Shown: piece after piece, positions 53,992 to 64,000 of the stretch
Numbering within the stretch: the stretch's first letter is position 1
Layout of the letters: each line of letters starts with the position of its first letter
Assembly (NCBI GenBank): GCA_964566135.1
Contig: CAZMHM010000001.1
Span: 69,829-133,828 of the forward strand
Source of the DNA: an uncultured Candidatus Saccharibacteria bacterium
Lineage (GTDB): Bacteria > Patescibacteriota > Saccharimonadia > Saccharimonadales > CAIOMD01
DNA length: 64,000 nucleotides
Reading direction: 5' to 3'
The notes under the pieces: model-generated
The model's input: the letters and a program-made list of their open reading frames with translations, nothing else
What the model was told of the DNA's origin: nothing
Database searches by the model: none
Program-made: the position numbers and the translations under genes

Positions 53992-55455
53992 TTACTGCAA
54001 TGCAGATGTTAAGCGAGCTATATTATCCGAGAATTTCTGAGCCTTCGGACGCTGTAGCCACGCATGCAACTTAAGCTCGCGACTATTTGCAAAATACTTT
54101 GCCTCTACTTTGCGCATTTCTTTCACGAACGCTTTGCTATATACCAATAACGATACTTCCATATTGAGACTAAACGATCGCATATCCATATTACTCGACC
54201 CAATGACCGATATCGTATCATCGATGGTTACATGCTTTGCATGCAGTACGTATGGCGACTTATACATATAAATTTTTACACCAGCCTTCATGAGCGCTTC
54301 GTAGTAAGAACGCTGCGCATGATATACAAGCCACTGGTCGCCAATCTCAGAAACAAACAATACAACCTCAAGCCCGCGCTCTGCCGCAGTTGTGACCGCG
54401 TTAAACATTGATTCGTCAGGTACAAAATACGGGCTGGTGATAATAATCTTCTTTTGGGCATTGTACATTAGCGAATTAAACATTTTAAGGTTATTCTCGC
54501 TATCAAACCCGGGGCCACTTGGCACTATCTGGCAATCCAAATCACCCTTATCAACCATAATATCCAGCATCGGAATGTCCTTCACTAAAAGTTCATCCGT
54601 TTCGGCATACCAATCATTAATAAATAGTGCGTTTAGCTCTGTTACAACCGGACCTTCAAGCCGTACCATCAATTCATGCCACTTCAGGCCTGCCTTAATA
54701 TTCTTTTTCTTGTTGTAGCTTCTATCGATAATATTTTGCGAGCCAGTAAAACCATGCGTGCCATCGACAACAAGAATCTTGCGATGGTTACGTAGGTCAG
54801 GACGCTGGAACTTTCCCTTAAGCGGTTGCACCGGCAACAGTAAGTGCCAATTTATCTCGTGTTCGTCTAAAAATGCTAGCGTTGCCTTGTAGCCAGGATA
54901 TTGCAGTGATCCAACATGGTCTAAGAGCACCTTAACAACAACGCCACGTTTTTTTGCACGCGCAAGTGCGTCAAAAAAGACATTAGAGGTATTGTCTAGC
55001 GACATAATATAAAACTCTGCATGCACGTATTCGGTCGCAGAATCAATTAACCTGGCCATGGCACGCAATGATTCTTCGTAGCCATCGTACAGGGTTGCGT
55101 TATTGCCACCCACAAGCGGCAATGCACCTAGCTTAGAATTAAGCGCAGCCAGTGACTCAAACCACGCCGCTGGTTTGTTTTCTTCGTTAATAGATGCGGC
55201 GCCCTGAGTCTTTTCTAGAATCAACTGGTTGATATGCTTCTGTTTAGCGCGGCGTTTCTTTGATAATTTATTGCTGCCGAGTAACAAAAAGGCGATACCG
55301 CCCAAAATGGGGATAAAAAATATCGCAAGTAGCCAAGCGGTAGCAGCTGATGGCTTACGATTGTTCGGGATATAAGCTATTGCCGCAAGACGAATACCAA
55401 AATCAAGCGCTACGGCGAGTACCGCAAATAAAGCTGTAAGTTGTTCGTGATTCAT
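53992..55455 (-). CDS. cls: cardiolipin synthase (PLD superfamily)
   Basis: Two HKD motifs (HRKILVVDG and HAKHVTIDDTISVIGSSNMD) and two N-terminal TM helices. Confidence 0.9.
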   Translation of the reverse strand: MNHEQLTALFAVLAVALDFGIRLAAIAYIPNNRKPSAATAWLLAIFFIPILGGIAFLLLGSNKLSKKRRAKQKHINQLILEKTQGAASINEENKPAAWFESLAALNSKLGALPLVGGNNATLYDGYEESLRAMARLIDSATEYVHAEFYIMSLDNTSNVFFDALARAKKRGVVVKVLLDHVGSLQYPGYKATLAFLDEHEINWHLLLPVQPLKGKFQRPDLRNHRKILVVDGTHGFTGSQNIIDRSYNKKKNIKAGLKWHELMVRLEGPVVTELNALFINDWYAETDELLVKDIPMLDIMVDKGDLDCQIVPSGPGFDSENNLKMFNSLMYNAQKKIIITSPYFVPDESMFNAVTTAAERGLEVVLFVSEIGDQWLVYHAQRSYYEALMKAGVKIYMYKSPYVLHAKHVTIDDTISVIGSSNMDMRSFSLNMEVSLLVYSKAFVKEMRKVEAKYFANSRELKLHAWLQRPKAQKFSDNIARLTSALQ

Positions 55456-55481
55456 TGCAACCAGTATAGCAACACTAGTCG

Positions 55482-56063
55482 CTAATTATTGAGATTAACC
55501 GTAGAAACGATTTGCTGATAGTTCGGAATTTGAAATTGGAACAGCTGGTTTAACGTAGGTACATTGCCCTTAGAAGTTCCGTTCTTATTACACGTCGTGG
55601 CCCATACGTTTGTCGGCGTATTCGGGATATTATTCGAGGTATACGTGTATCGATACCCAAGAGCGCATTGCCCAGCGATATTTGTTACCGGCGCATTGGT
55701 ATTTACGGCGGTAAAACCATTTACATAAATCGAGTTCAAAAAGCTGTTGTAGGCTTGCTCGTTATTTGCATAACTTTGCGTTTGTATTATGTTGCCTTGA
55801 TAGCCCTGAATAATATTTATCACGCGCAAGCTTTTGCTGACAGTTATCTGAATCTGACGGTGATTTTCATTACTGTTTATAACGCCATCGGTCAAAAAGA
55901 CGACAGAAGAATCAGTACTGGCTGCACTGGCAAAGCTAGCTTGGGTTAGCTGCTCGCTCGGTTTAGCGGGTGATTTTTTGTCACCGCCAAAAAGCACACT
56001 GACTAAAATTGCCAGGATAAGCAGTACTGCGAATAGTAATAGGACATACCTCAAGAAACGCAT
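55482..56063 (-). CDS. membrane-anchored/secreted hypothetical protein
   Basis: N-terminal hydrophobic helix then an Asn/Thr/Gln-rich domain; no motif recognised. Confidence 0.45.
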   Translation of the reverse strand: MRFLRYVLLLFAVLLILAILVSVLFGGDKKSPAKPSEQLTQASFASAASTDSSVVFLTDGVINSNENHRQIQITVSKSLRVINIIQGYQGNIIQTQSYANNEQAYNSFLNSIYVNGFTAVNTNAPVTNIAGQCALGYRYTYTSNNIPNTPTNVWATTCNKNGTSKGNVPTLNQLFQFQIPNYQQIVSTVNLNN

Positions 56064-56115
56064 ATGTTCTCCGTATTACATTTATACCATAATTTATATA
56101 TACTAGCAAGCTTCG

Positions 56116-56298
56116 TTAGATGGTTGTTACCAGATACACAGCTGTGCCAAGCGCGGCAAGTGCGAACAAAAAGAACAAGCCTTCTAAAAATTTGCCAAAA
56201 AATGACTTACGAAACTCGGTGTTCTGCCGAATAATCTGAATACACACAAGCAGAAATAGTGGCAACACTAGTAATACGAATGAAAAGAAAAACTTCAC
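56116..56298 (-). CDS. small two-TM membrane protein (60 aa)
   Basis: GTG at 56298 is preceded by AAGGAG (6-nt spacer); the track ORF extends to 56346 without an RBS. Confidence 0.4.
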   Translation of the reverse strand: MKFFFSFVLLVLPLFLLVCIQIIRQNTEFRKSFFGKFLEGLFFLFALAALGTAVYLVTTI

Positions 56299-56393
56299 AC
56301 TTAGCTCCTTAGTTATTGTTGAAAGTATAGTGCAAAACAGCAGCAAGAGCTACCCATATTACAGATATACCCCTAGCGTGATACAGTAGAACG

Positions 56394-57125
56394 GTGAGCA
56401 AGAATACTATAAAACCCTACAAAGATAGTTCGACAACTAAAAAGCAAGAAGTAACCCAGATGTTCGACAATATATCTGGTACGTATGATTTTTTAAATCA
56501 CTTCATGTCTGCAGGTATCGACTTCTTATGGCGTAAAGCTGCTATAAAAATACTTCGTCCGCATCAGCCAAAAACGATACTAGATATTGCAACCGGGACA
56601 GGGGATTTTGCGGTCGAGGCAATGAGCCTTAAGCCAAATTCAATTATTGGCCTTGATATCTCCCCTAAAATGATTGAGCTGGGTAAACAAAAAATCGCAA
56701 AAAAAGGACTTACGAATGTAATCTCGCTAGAAGTTGGTGATTCTGAAAAACTACGATTCAAATCAGAAACATTTGACGCCGTTACCGTTGGCTTTGGCGT
56801 ACGTAACTTCGAAGACACCGCTAAAGGGCTCAGTGAAATGCTCCGCGTAACAAAAAAAGGTGGTACTGTAATTATTTTAGAATTTTCTAAGCCACAGACG
56901 TTCCCCGTAAAACAGGCATTTGGCTTATATTCACGCTTTGTTATTCCAACAGTTGGCAAAGCAGTCTCGAAAGACGCCAGCGCCTATAGCTACTTGCCGG
57001 AATCAGTTGCGGCATTCCCCGAAGGCAAAGCATTTACAGATTTACTTACAAAAGTCGGATACAAAAAAGTTGGCTCAAAACGCTTGAGCGGTGGCATTGC
57101 CACAATCTATTACGGCTCAAAGTAA
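56394..57125 (+). CDS. ubiE: demethylmenaquinone/ubiquinone C-methyltransferase (UbiE/MenG)
   Basis: VTQMFDNISGTYDFLNHFMSAGIDFLWRK family N-terminal block and SAM motif LDIATGTGD; GTG start. Confidence 0.8.
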   Translation: MSKNTIKPYKDSSTTKKQEVTQMFDNISGTYDFLNHFMSAGIDFLWRKAAIKILRPHQPKTILDIATGTGDFAVEAMSLKPNSIIGLDISPKMIELGKQKIAKKGLTNVISLEVGDSEKLRFKSETFDAVTVGFGVRNFEDTAKGLSEMLRVTKKGGTVIILEFSKPQTFPVKQAFGLYSRFVIPTVGKAVSKDASAYSYLPESVAAFPEGKAFTDLLTKVGYKKVGSKRLSGGIATIYYGSK

Positions 57126-57905
57126 TTACGGTAAAATATTCGCCAACGAAACCATCACGCTAAATCCAAGCAGTGCGATAAGCGAGTAGCGGAACACTTT
57201 TTTAGCCCATGTAGTAGTATCTTTTGTTCCAAAATCAATAATCGCTACGCGCAACCAAATAACCCCAATACTGATCATAGCAACGCTATATACGTAGCCG
57301 GCAAGCCCAAACAAGGGTATCAGTAGTGTTGCAACAATAAACGCTACAATATATACAAGTATCTGGATCTTTGTAGTGCGCATTCCTTTTACGACCGGCA
57401 AGACCGGAATACCAGCTGCTTTATAGTCTTTTGCCCGAAACATCGCGATGGCATAAAAATGTGCCATTTGCCAAAACACCATGACTACAAACAATAGGGC
57501 CGCACCAATATCAAATCTGCCCGTTACTGCGCAGTAACCAGCGACCGGTGGTGTAGCGCCAGAAATAGTACCAACAAGCGTACCGTGCACTGATGTACGC
57601 TTAAAATACGCATACAAAGCTACATAATCGACGACACCAATTACGCCTATAAGTACCGTTAGCCAATTTGTCCAAAGTGCCAATGTTCCAAAGCCAACAA
57701 CCGCCAAAACTGCTGCATATATCAATGCGTTTCGAACACTAATCGCGCCTGTCACCAGTGCTCGATTTTTTGTTCGTTCCATTTTTGCATCAATAAATCT
57801 ATCAGTGTAGTTGTTTACAACACATGCGGCAGCCATCACAAAGCTAATGCCACATAGTGTCGCAACAAACAGCGCTATATCAAAGCCATTTGTTGATGCA
57901 AACAA
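57126..57905 (-). CDS. cyoE: protoheme IX farnesyltransferase (heme O synthase); true start probably upstream of 57905 at a non-canonical codon
   Basis: NNYTDRFIDAKMERTKNRALVTG UbiA-type motif. The in-frame upstream sequence (to 57992) encodes YYRLAKPGIIYGNAIAAIAGFL, which matches the conserved CyoE/CtaB N-terminus but contains no ATG/GTG/TTG. Confidence 0.85.
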   Translation of the reverse strand: MFASTNGFDIALFVATLCGISFVMAAACVVNNYTDRFIDAKMERTKNRALVTGAISVRNALIYAAVLAVVGFGTLALWTNWLTVLIGVIGVVDYVALYAYFKRTSVHGTLVGTISGATPPVAGYCAVTGRFDIGAALLFVVMVFWQMAHFYAIAMFRAKDYKAAGIPVLPVVKGMRTTKIQILVYIVAFIVATLLIPLFGLAGYVYSVAMISIGVIWLRVAIIDFGTKDTTTWAKKVFRYSLIALLGFSVMVSLANILP

Positions 57906-57987
57906 AAAGCCAGCGATTGCCGCAATCGCATTGCCATAAATAATGCCCGGCTTGGCCAGCCGATAATACCGTTTTACTATTGCGCGA

Positions 57988-58392
57988 TTAATTGCTAAAG
58001 CCCTCGTCCTTAATAATAAAGCTGTCTTCGGCCTTAGGGTTATTAAGCTGCATGTTGTAATCGAGATTTGCCATAATCCAGATAGAACCAGCTACTAATA
58101 TTGTTACTACGAGAGCCGCAAACATAAGAACTTGCAAGTTCCATCGCGGCTTCTTTTCGCGGCCTAAGTGTAAAAAGAACACCAGCTGCACTACAAGCTG
58201 TAACATAGCCAACAGTAATATAACGCCAACTAAAAATGTATGAGTCAAAAAGGCATGGTGTCCAGCAACGTGTTGTTGCACTAATATATACGCACCCAGC
58301 GTGAGCACAATCGATAGTAAGAACCCAACAACATATGACGTAACGCGTACGCTTTGTGGTGATACATCAACATGCTTTTTAGTAATTTTCAT
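57988..58392 (-). CDS. cyoD: cytochrome o-type quinol oxidase subunit IV
   Basis: Three-TM small subunit in the cyoC/cyoE position; SYVVGFLLSIVLT pattern. Confidence 0.75.
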   Translation of the reverse strand: MKITKKHVDVSPQSVRVTSYVVGFLLSIVLTLGAYILVQQHVAGHHAFLTHTFLVGVILLLAMLQLVVQLVFFLHLGREKKPRWNLQVLMFAALVVTILVAGSIWIMANLDYNMQLNNPKAEDSFIIKDEGFSN

Positions 58393-58393
58393 A

Positions 58394-58999
58394 CTATAGC
58401 GCTCCCATTAGGTACACGACCGAGAAAATGAATATCCATACAATATCTAAAAAGTGCCAAAACAAACTGAACAACGTAAGTCGTTTAACGTTTGTGGCAG
58501 TAATACCTTTTTTAAGTAACATCGCAACCAGCACGATAAGCCATAGCAGGCCAGCCGTAATGTGCAGGCCGTGCGTACCAACAAGCGTAAAGTAACTCGA
58601 TAAAAACGCGCTCTGCGTCCAACTGTGGCCCTCATGCGCCAATTGCGCAAACTCTGTTACTTCCATGGCTAAAAAGGCAAAGCCAAGAGCGGCAGTAATA
58701 CTAAGCCATAACAGCACCTGATTACGATTGTTTCGATGTGTCGCTAGCAGGGCAAGGCCACTAGTAAAGCTACTCGTAAGCAGTAATAGGGTTTCAATTA
58801 ATACATATGGCAAGCTAAATAGTTCGTTTGAGCCATGGCCGCCATTTGTATTGTGGTGCAGTACCAGGTATGTCGCGAATAACGATGCAAATAGCACGCA
58901 GTCCGTCATTAGGTAAATCCAAAAACCAAGACTCACTTTGCTAAAGTCTTCTTCGTGCTTCGATCCGGCATTTACGCCAGTACGGGTAACGGCACTCAT
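58394..58999 (-). CDS. cyoC: cytochrome o-type quinol oxidase subunit III
   Basis: [24 protein letters not shown] and [11 protein letters not shown] motifs. Confidence 0.9.
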   Translation of the reverse strand: MSAVTRTGVNAGSKHEEDFSKVSLGFWIYLMTDCVLFASLFATYLVLHHNTNGGHGSNELFSLPYVLIETLLLLTSSFTSGLALLATHRNNRNQVLLWLSITAALGFAFLAMEVTEFAQLAHEGHSWTQSAFLSSYFTLVGTHGLHITAGLLWLIVLVAMLLKKGITATNVKRLTLFSLFWHFLDIVWIFIFSVVYLMGAL

Positions 59000-60984
59000 G
59001 CTTTTGCTCCCTTTAGGCGCGCTGTTTCTATACGCTCAATTTCAGCTGCAGGTACCATATATTCAATCTCGTCATCAAACGATCTGATAATTAAGACCGC
59101 AATAACTCCAACTAAACCGATAACCGCAAGCCATACCAAGTGCCATATCGCCGCAAAGCCAAACAAAAAGGCAAAGCCCGCAATATAAATGCCGAGTGCA
59201 CTATTCTTTGGCAGCCAAATAGCTTTATAGTGTGGTTTTGGCTGAACTTGTTTGTTCTTTTTGGCAACCCAAAACGCATCAACATCAGTTACTTCAGGTA
59301 GCACGGCAAAATTATAAAACGGAGCTGGCGATGCAGTTGACCATTCAAGCGTGCGCCCGTTCCATGGGTCGCCTGTCGTATCGAGATTCTTCTTTCTATC
59401 TTTAATGCTAACAACAACCTGTAGCAGCTGTAGTGCAATTCCGGCGCCAATAATAAGCACACCAATACCTGCGACTATAAACAACCCTTGCCAGCCCATA
59501 GACGCCTCGTAGTGATCCAGGCGACGCGTCGCACCCATAATGCCCAAAATATACAAAGGCACAAAAGCCACAACAAAGCCGATAATCCAGAACCAAGCAG
59601 CTAATTTACCCAAGCGCTCGTTAAGTGTGAAGCCAAATATTTTAGGGAACCAATAGGTGAGACCCGCAAAGTAACCAAACACCACGCCACCAATAACCAT
59701 ATTATGAAAATGAGCTACCAAAAACAGACTGTTGTGTAGCTGAAAATCGATTGCCGGTACAGCCATTAATACGCCAGTTACACCGCCAATTGTAAAGGTT
59801 GCTATAAAGCCCAAAAACCAAACCATTGGCGAGGTCAAATGAATCCGCCCACGGTACATCGTAAACAGCCAGTTAAACACTTTAACACCCGTCGGTATGG
59901 CAATTACCATTGTCATAACACCAAAAAAGGCGTTTACGTTACCACCAGCGCCCATTGTAAAGAAGTGGTGTAGCCACACAACGTACGATAAGAACGTGAT
60001 AGCAATAATTGCCACAACCATAGAGGTATAGCCAAATAGTCGCTTGCGTGAATATGTCGCAACGATTTCTGAAAATATTCCAAAGGCCGGCAAAATGAGG
60101 ATATAGACCTCTGGGTGACCCCACGCCCAAATAAGGTTCACATACATCATTGGGTTACCACCGGCAACAGATGTAAAGAAATGCATGCCAAATGTTCTAT
60201 CTAAACTCAGCAGAGCAAGGGTAGCGGTTAAGATAGGGAACGCAAAAATAACTAAAATCATACTGCCAAGTACTGTCCAGCTAAAGATTGGCATCTTCAT
60301 AAGGGTCATACCCTTAGTGCGCATTTTTAAAATGGTCGTTAAGAAATTTACGCCAGACAACATACTACCAATACCTGCAATTTGTATACTCCAAATCCAG
60401 TAGTCAACACCCGGGCCAGGGCTATAGGCAAGCTCTGAAAGCGGTGGATAGGCAAGCCAGCCTGTTGCGGCAAATTCGCCGCCTACAAGTAACGAAATAT
60501 TAATAAGTACTGCCCCAGCGGCGTATAGCCAAAAACTAACCGAGTTCAAAAACGGAAACGCAACATCACGAGCACCAAGCTGTAGCGGCAAAACAAGGTT
60601 TATGAGCCCAAACATAAGACCCATGGCAACAAAAAATATCATGAGCGTGCCATGCGCAGTGAATATTTGCTGATAATGGTCAGACCCTAAAATACCTGGC
60701 TGCGAGCCAACCGAAATTGCTTGCTGTGCGCGCATCATGAGTGCGTCGGCGACACCACGTAGCAACATGACGGCGGCAATCACAATGTACATAACGCCAA
60801 TCTTTTTTGGGTCTAGTGATGTGAGCCACTCGCGCCAGAGCCATTTCCATTTTTTGAAATAGGTCAGTGCTGCGGCGATAGTTATTGCCCCAAGCACAAT
60901 CCCCAGTTTTCCGCCCAACAAAATTGGGCCGTCAGCGGGCAAGAATTGTCCTATAAATGGTAGGTTAGCAAGCAACGCGTGCAT
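58996..60984 (-). CDS. cyoB: heme-copper oxidase subunit I (quinol oxidase type)
   Basis: [24 protein letters not shown] and [11 protein letters not shown] signatures; 662 aa. Confidence 0.95.
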   Translation of the reverse strand: MHALLANLPFIGQFLPADGPILLGGKLGIVLGAITIAAALTYFKKWKWLWREWLTSLDPKKIGVMYIVIAAVMLLRGVADALMMRAQQAISVGSQPGILGSDHYQQIFTAHGTLMIFFVAMGLMFGLINLVLPLQLGARDVAFPFLNSVSFWLYAAGAVLINISLLVGGEFAATGWLAYPPLSELAYSPGPGVDYWIWSIQIAGIGSMLSGVNFLTTILKMRTKGMTLMKMPIFSWTVLGSMILVIFAFPILTATLALLSLDRTFGMHFFTSVAGGNPMMYVNLIWAWGHPEVYILILPAFGIFSEIVATYSRKRLFGYTSMVVAIIAITFLSYVVWLHHFFTMGAGGNVNAFFGVMTMVIAIPTGVKVFNWLFTMYRGRIHLTSPMVWFLGFIATFTIGGVTGVLMAVPAIDFQLHNSLFLVAHFHNMVIGGVVFGYFAGLTYWFPKIFGFTLNERLGKLAAWFWIIGFVVAFVPLYILGIMGATRRLDHYEASMGWQGLFIVAGIGVLIIGAGIALQLLQVVVSIKDRKKNLDTTGDPWNGRTLEWSTASPAPFYNFAVLPEVTDVDAFWVAKKNKQVQPKPHYKAIWLPKNSALGIYIAGFAFLFGFAAIWHLVWLAVIGLVGVIAVLIIRSFDDEIEYMVPAAEIERIETARLKGAKA

Positions 60985-61880
60985 TAGTCGTGTGCTCCAT
61001 TGTCATGTGTTTTTTCTCCACCCTCTGGCATCATATATTTCATAACAATCGTATCATATAGATTTGGGTCAACAGACGAATAAACCGTAATCGGATTATT
61101 TTCGCTTGGTTGTGATAACTCATCATACGTCGCCACACTCAATCGTTCCGGCGATTGCTTAGCATCGCGCACCCAGGCATTAAAATCAGATTCAGCGGTT
61201 GCCTTGGCAACAAAATGCATCCCAGAGAATCCTTTACCGCTAATATTTGCAGACACGCCCGCATATTCACCAGCTTCACTAGCCAGTAAATGCAGCTGGG
61301 TAGACATACCACTCATGGCGTATATCTGACCGCCAAGTTGCGGTATCCAAAACGAATTCATTGGCGCATCAGACGTGACTTTAAAGTTAATTGGCGTATT
61401 AATCGGAATTCTTAATTCATTTACGCTTGCAACATTTTGCTCAGGGTAAATAAATAGCCACTTCCACTGCAATGCAACAACTTGGACAGTCAATGGTTTT
61501 TTGTCTGAATTAAGTGGCTTAAACGGGTCAAGCGAATGGCTTGTCTTCCAGGTGATAACAGATAATATCGATATTAGTACAATGGGCACCAGCCACCATA
61601 CAAGCTCGAAGCTACGATTATGCTCCCATTCGGGGCTGTATGTAGCTTTTGTGTTATCGGCACGATACTTCGTAACGATAAAAATAGTAAGTGCAAAAAC
61701 AGGGATAACGACAAACAATGACAACGCTGCTCCAAAAAGCAGTAAGTTTTTTTGGCTCTGCCCGATAGTACCCTTTGGTTGTAGCACAGCAAACGTACCA
61801 TCACGCAAAAGGTACGCGCCTCCCCCTATTACTAGCAGTGCTACTACAATCAGTGCAACAGCTTTTAATTTTTTGCCCAT
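60984..61880 (-). CDS. cyoA: quinol oxidase subunit II (no CuA ligands)
   Basis: Two N-terminal TM helices plus a cupredoxin domain. The CuA CxExCxxxH site is replaced by [14 protein letters not shown] (no Cys), as in quinol rather than cytochrome c oxidases. Confidence 0.85.
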   Translation of the reverse strand: MGKKLKAVALIVVALLVIGGGAYLLRDGTFAVLQPKGTIGQSQKNLLLFGAALSLFVVIPVFALTIFIVTKYRADNTKATYSPEWEHNRSFELVWWLVPIVLISILSVITWKTSHSLDPFKPLNSDKKPLTVQVVALQWKWLFIYPEQNVASVNELRIPINTPINFKVTSDAPMNSFWIPQLGGQIYAMSGMSTQLHLLASEAGEYAGVSANISGKGFSGMHFVAKATAESDFNAWVRDAKQSPERLSVATYDELSQPSENNPITVYSSVDPNLYDTIVMKYMMPEGGEKTHDNGAHD

Positions 61881-61995
61881 AATATGTACAAATCATACCA
61901 TAAGCATTAGCCTTCATAATGCATTAATATTGGCAGTTACTCTTAACTTTTTAGGTGTTTTAGTACATAATTATATGAACTAAGGGAGTATATGT

Positions 61996-62649
61996 GTGAG
62001 TAACCAAGAAATAACTATTGTTTTAGATAAACGCGAAGTAGTGGGCAAGGGTCTTGGCAAGATGCGCCGCGAAGGTCATGTGCCAGCGGTCATTCATCAG
62101 CCAGGTAAGGATTCAATTAACGTTACAGCTGGTTTTGAAGATGTAACAAAAGTGTTCTTACAAGCAGGCAAGCACGCGCCAGTCACTGCAACCGTAGACG
62201 GCAATAAGTTGTTAACAATTATTAAGGATGTTGATTTACATCCAACAAAGCACACTATTCGACATATTGTTTTTGGTGTTATTAATAAGAACGATAAAGT
62301 TCATACCGAGGTGCCAGTAGAACTCGTTGGTGATGCGCCTGCACTTAAGGCTGCGCTACTTGTGCATCAAAACGCAGACGTACTCGAAATTTCAGCATTA
62401 CCACAAGACCTCGTTGACAGCATCAAGGTTAACGTTGAATCACTTGTAGAAGTAGGCGATAAGATTATCGTGGGCGATATCGTTGCGCCAAAGGGTATTA
62501 CTATCCTTACGGATCCTGAACACCCAGTCGTAACTGTTGATGCTGCGCATGTCCAATCAGAAGAACCAGAAGTTTCTCCAGCCGAAGCAGAAGCAGCAGC
62601 AGTTGCAGCAATTGCCGGCGAAGATGCCGAAGAACCAAAAGCCGAATAG
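61996..62649 (+). CDS. rplY: 50S ribosomal protein L25/general stress protein Ctc
   Basis: REVVGKGLGKMRREGHVPAVIH N-terminal signature and acidic C-terminal tail; GTG start. Confidence 0.85.
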   Translation: MSNQEITIVLDKREVVGKGLGKMRREGHVPAVIHQPGKDSINVTAGFEDVTKVFLQAGKHAPVTATVDGNKLLTIIKDVDLHPTKHTIRHIVFGVINKNDKVHTEVPVELVGDAPALKAALLVHQNADVLEISALPQDLVDSIKVNVESLVEVGDKIIVGDIVAPKGITILTDPEHPVVTVDAAHVQSEEPEVSPAEAEAAAVAAIAGEDAEEPKAE

Positions 62650-62665
62650 CTTCATTCGTACTTTT

Positions 62666-62697
62666 AAAATGCCCCTCACCAGAGGGGTATTTTTTTA
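62666..62697 (+). terminator. intrinsic terminator after rplY
   Basis: CCCCTC-acca-GAGGGG followed by TATTTTTTTATTT. Confidence 0.7.
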
Positions 62698-62952
62698 TTT
62701 CTTCCAACGCTCTAGATGCGGAATTTGCTTGCGTGCCGCCCAGCGCATGAGACTGCTGCGACCATCTGCTTTTAATGCTGTATCTACAATTTCTATCATC
62801 TGATCTAATGTGCAATCTGGCCCGATAAATGCGCCATCCGCATAGCAGAGTACACAGTACTTTTCACTTTTGCTTCCGTCTTTTTCTGTTCCACGCATAT
62901 CACCGTTCTTGGTGTGTAGTGGCATACCACAGCTTTGGCATTGTTTTCTCAT
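62695..62952 (-). CDS. putative zinc-ribbon domain protein
   Basis: CQSCGMPL...KYCVLCYADGAF, four Cys in a CxxC...CxxC arrangement typical of the small 'putative zinc ribbon' family. Confidence 0.6.
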   Translation of the reverse strand: MRKQCQSCGMPLHTKNGDMRGTEKDGSKSEKYCVLCYADGAFIGPDCTLDQMIEIVDTALKADGRSSLMRWAARKQIPHLERWKK

Positions 62953-62995
62953 AGTTCTATCGTAGCAGATTAATTTAGACTGAATCTAGCTATGG

Positions 62996-63979
62996 TTACG
63001 GCAGTTGTAATTCTGGGAATTTGGTTTGTAGGCCAGTATAAAATTGCCGATACACACTTTCGGTGCCATCGATGTAGGGCATAGCGCTACTCAAATACTT
63101 TTGTAACTCATCACTTATGCGTATGGCCTCTTCGCTATCAGGCGCAACATTTTGCACTAACGAATTAATTGCCACATCAAAAAGTTGGATTGCTCCAAAC
63201 TGATCTTCTGCTTTCGATGTCTCGCTCATGCTAGCAAATAACGATTTGCGCATTGCTTCATACCGGTGCGTCCTGCTGCGCAGTACGGCTGCGCCAATAA
63301 TACCTAACAGCACCGCATCATATTGTCCTAGTAGCTCATCGAGGCGCGCATCGATTACTTTTCGTTCTTCAGCGTCTTCTTCATTGTCTACTCCCGCAAA
63401 CTGCGTACGTCTATTAATATAGGCAGTTCGTTCAAGTAGTTGCGCTCTTTCGATAAAATTATCTCGCAGCACCACCGCATCTGGTGCAATTTGCCGCCAC
63501 AAGGTTGTGGGGCTTGGGTCTTGTTTTAGTAATTTCTCAACGATTGCTGCAGCAGGCAACTGAATAATGTTTACTTCCTTTTGGTGCCGTGCGGTTGTTT
63601 TACCTATTTGTGTAATATGCTGGCTGTCATCTGCTTCAAACCCCAGTTCTTTTGCAAGCCGATTATAGTTTTCGTCGTAGCGGCGGGTAAGTGATACACC
63701 GCCAGATGAGACCCTACGTATATATTTGTCATAACTTTCGCACAACCCCAGTAAGCTTGTACCTAGCATGATAATCGTGTCACCGGATGCAATATTAAGC
63801 GCAGCGCCATCCCAAAGTGAAACGCCAACATCAAAATCATTATCTGCAATGTGAGACTTTGCCCAGCTAAGAATATCGCCCGCCTTGAGTGCAACATTAG
63901 ATACGCCAGAGACCGAAATATCTCTATCGAAATACGTACGAGCTTGTTCGCCAGCTAAAACAAGCGGCTTTGCCTGCAT
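62996..63979 (-). CDS. hypothetical protein
   Basis: 327-aa protein-like ORF; no motif recognised. Confidence 0.45.
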   Translation of the reverse strand: MQAKPLVLAGEQARTYFDRDISVSGVSNVALKAGDILSWAKSHIADNDFDVGVSLWDGAALNIASGDTIIMLGTSLLGLCESYDKYIRRVSSGGVSLTRRYDENYNRLAKELGFEADDSQHITQIGKTTARHQKEVNIIQLPAAAIVEKLLKQDPSPTTLWRQIAPDAVVLRDNFIERAQLLERTAYINRRTQFAGVDNEEDAEERKVIDARLDELLGQYDAVLLGIIGAAVLRSRTHRYEAMRKSLFASMSETSKAEDQFGAIQLFDVAINSLVQNVAPDSEEAIRISDELQKYLSSAMPYIDGTESVYRQFYTGLQTKFPELQLP

Positions 63980-64000
63980 AGCAATCTCAACGCTATTTTC

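Overview
This 64-kb window looks like chromosomal DNA from a small, gene-dense, mid/low-GC bacterium. The gene content and layout are compatible with a reduced-genome lineage such as Saccharibacteria/CPR. That is my inference only; no rRNA or tRNA is present to confirm it. All functions are called from motifs I recognise in the supplied translations, with no database search.

The housekeeping backbone contains:
- secE-nusG, rplK, rplA, rplJ-rplL
- dcd and a tmk-thyX fusion, tdk
- dnaX, dnaB, ybaB, recR, nrnA-like, cysS
- yhhQ/tgt, trmH-like
- a complete F1Fo ATP synthase operon
- cydA, cyoABCDE, ubiE/menG, cls, rplY
- glycosyltransferase and hydrolase envelope genes

The most unusual content is as follows.
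1. A roughly 1.6-kb high-GC single-gene cassette (8112-9765) sits between nusG and rplK, bracketed by a perfect 18-bp inverted repeat. It encodes a twin-arginine-signal, Cys-rich, Ig-like secreted protein, and carries its own palindromic upstream element and GC-rich terminator.
2. A second high-GC islet (about 16740-17300) sits inside the rplA/rplJ gap. It holds a small winged-helix gene, a coupled 43-codon ORF and a roughly 96-nt nested-inverted-repeat (three-way-junction-like) element.
3. Orphan 'rider' ORFs are translationally coupled into universally conserved operon junctions (nusG|rplK, rplK|rplA, atpG|atpD).
4. A pyrimidine dNTP module has overlapping dcd and a Tmk-tandem-ThyX fusion.
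5. An aerobic respiratory set consists of CydA with a short non-CydB partner, cyoABCDE, UbiE/MenG and an FMN-bind/ApbE/ferric-reductase triad.

I found no CRISPR array, rRNA, tRNA, transposase or integrase.
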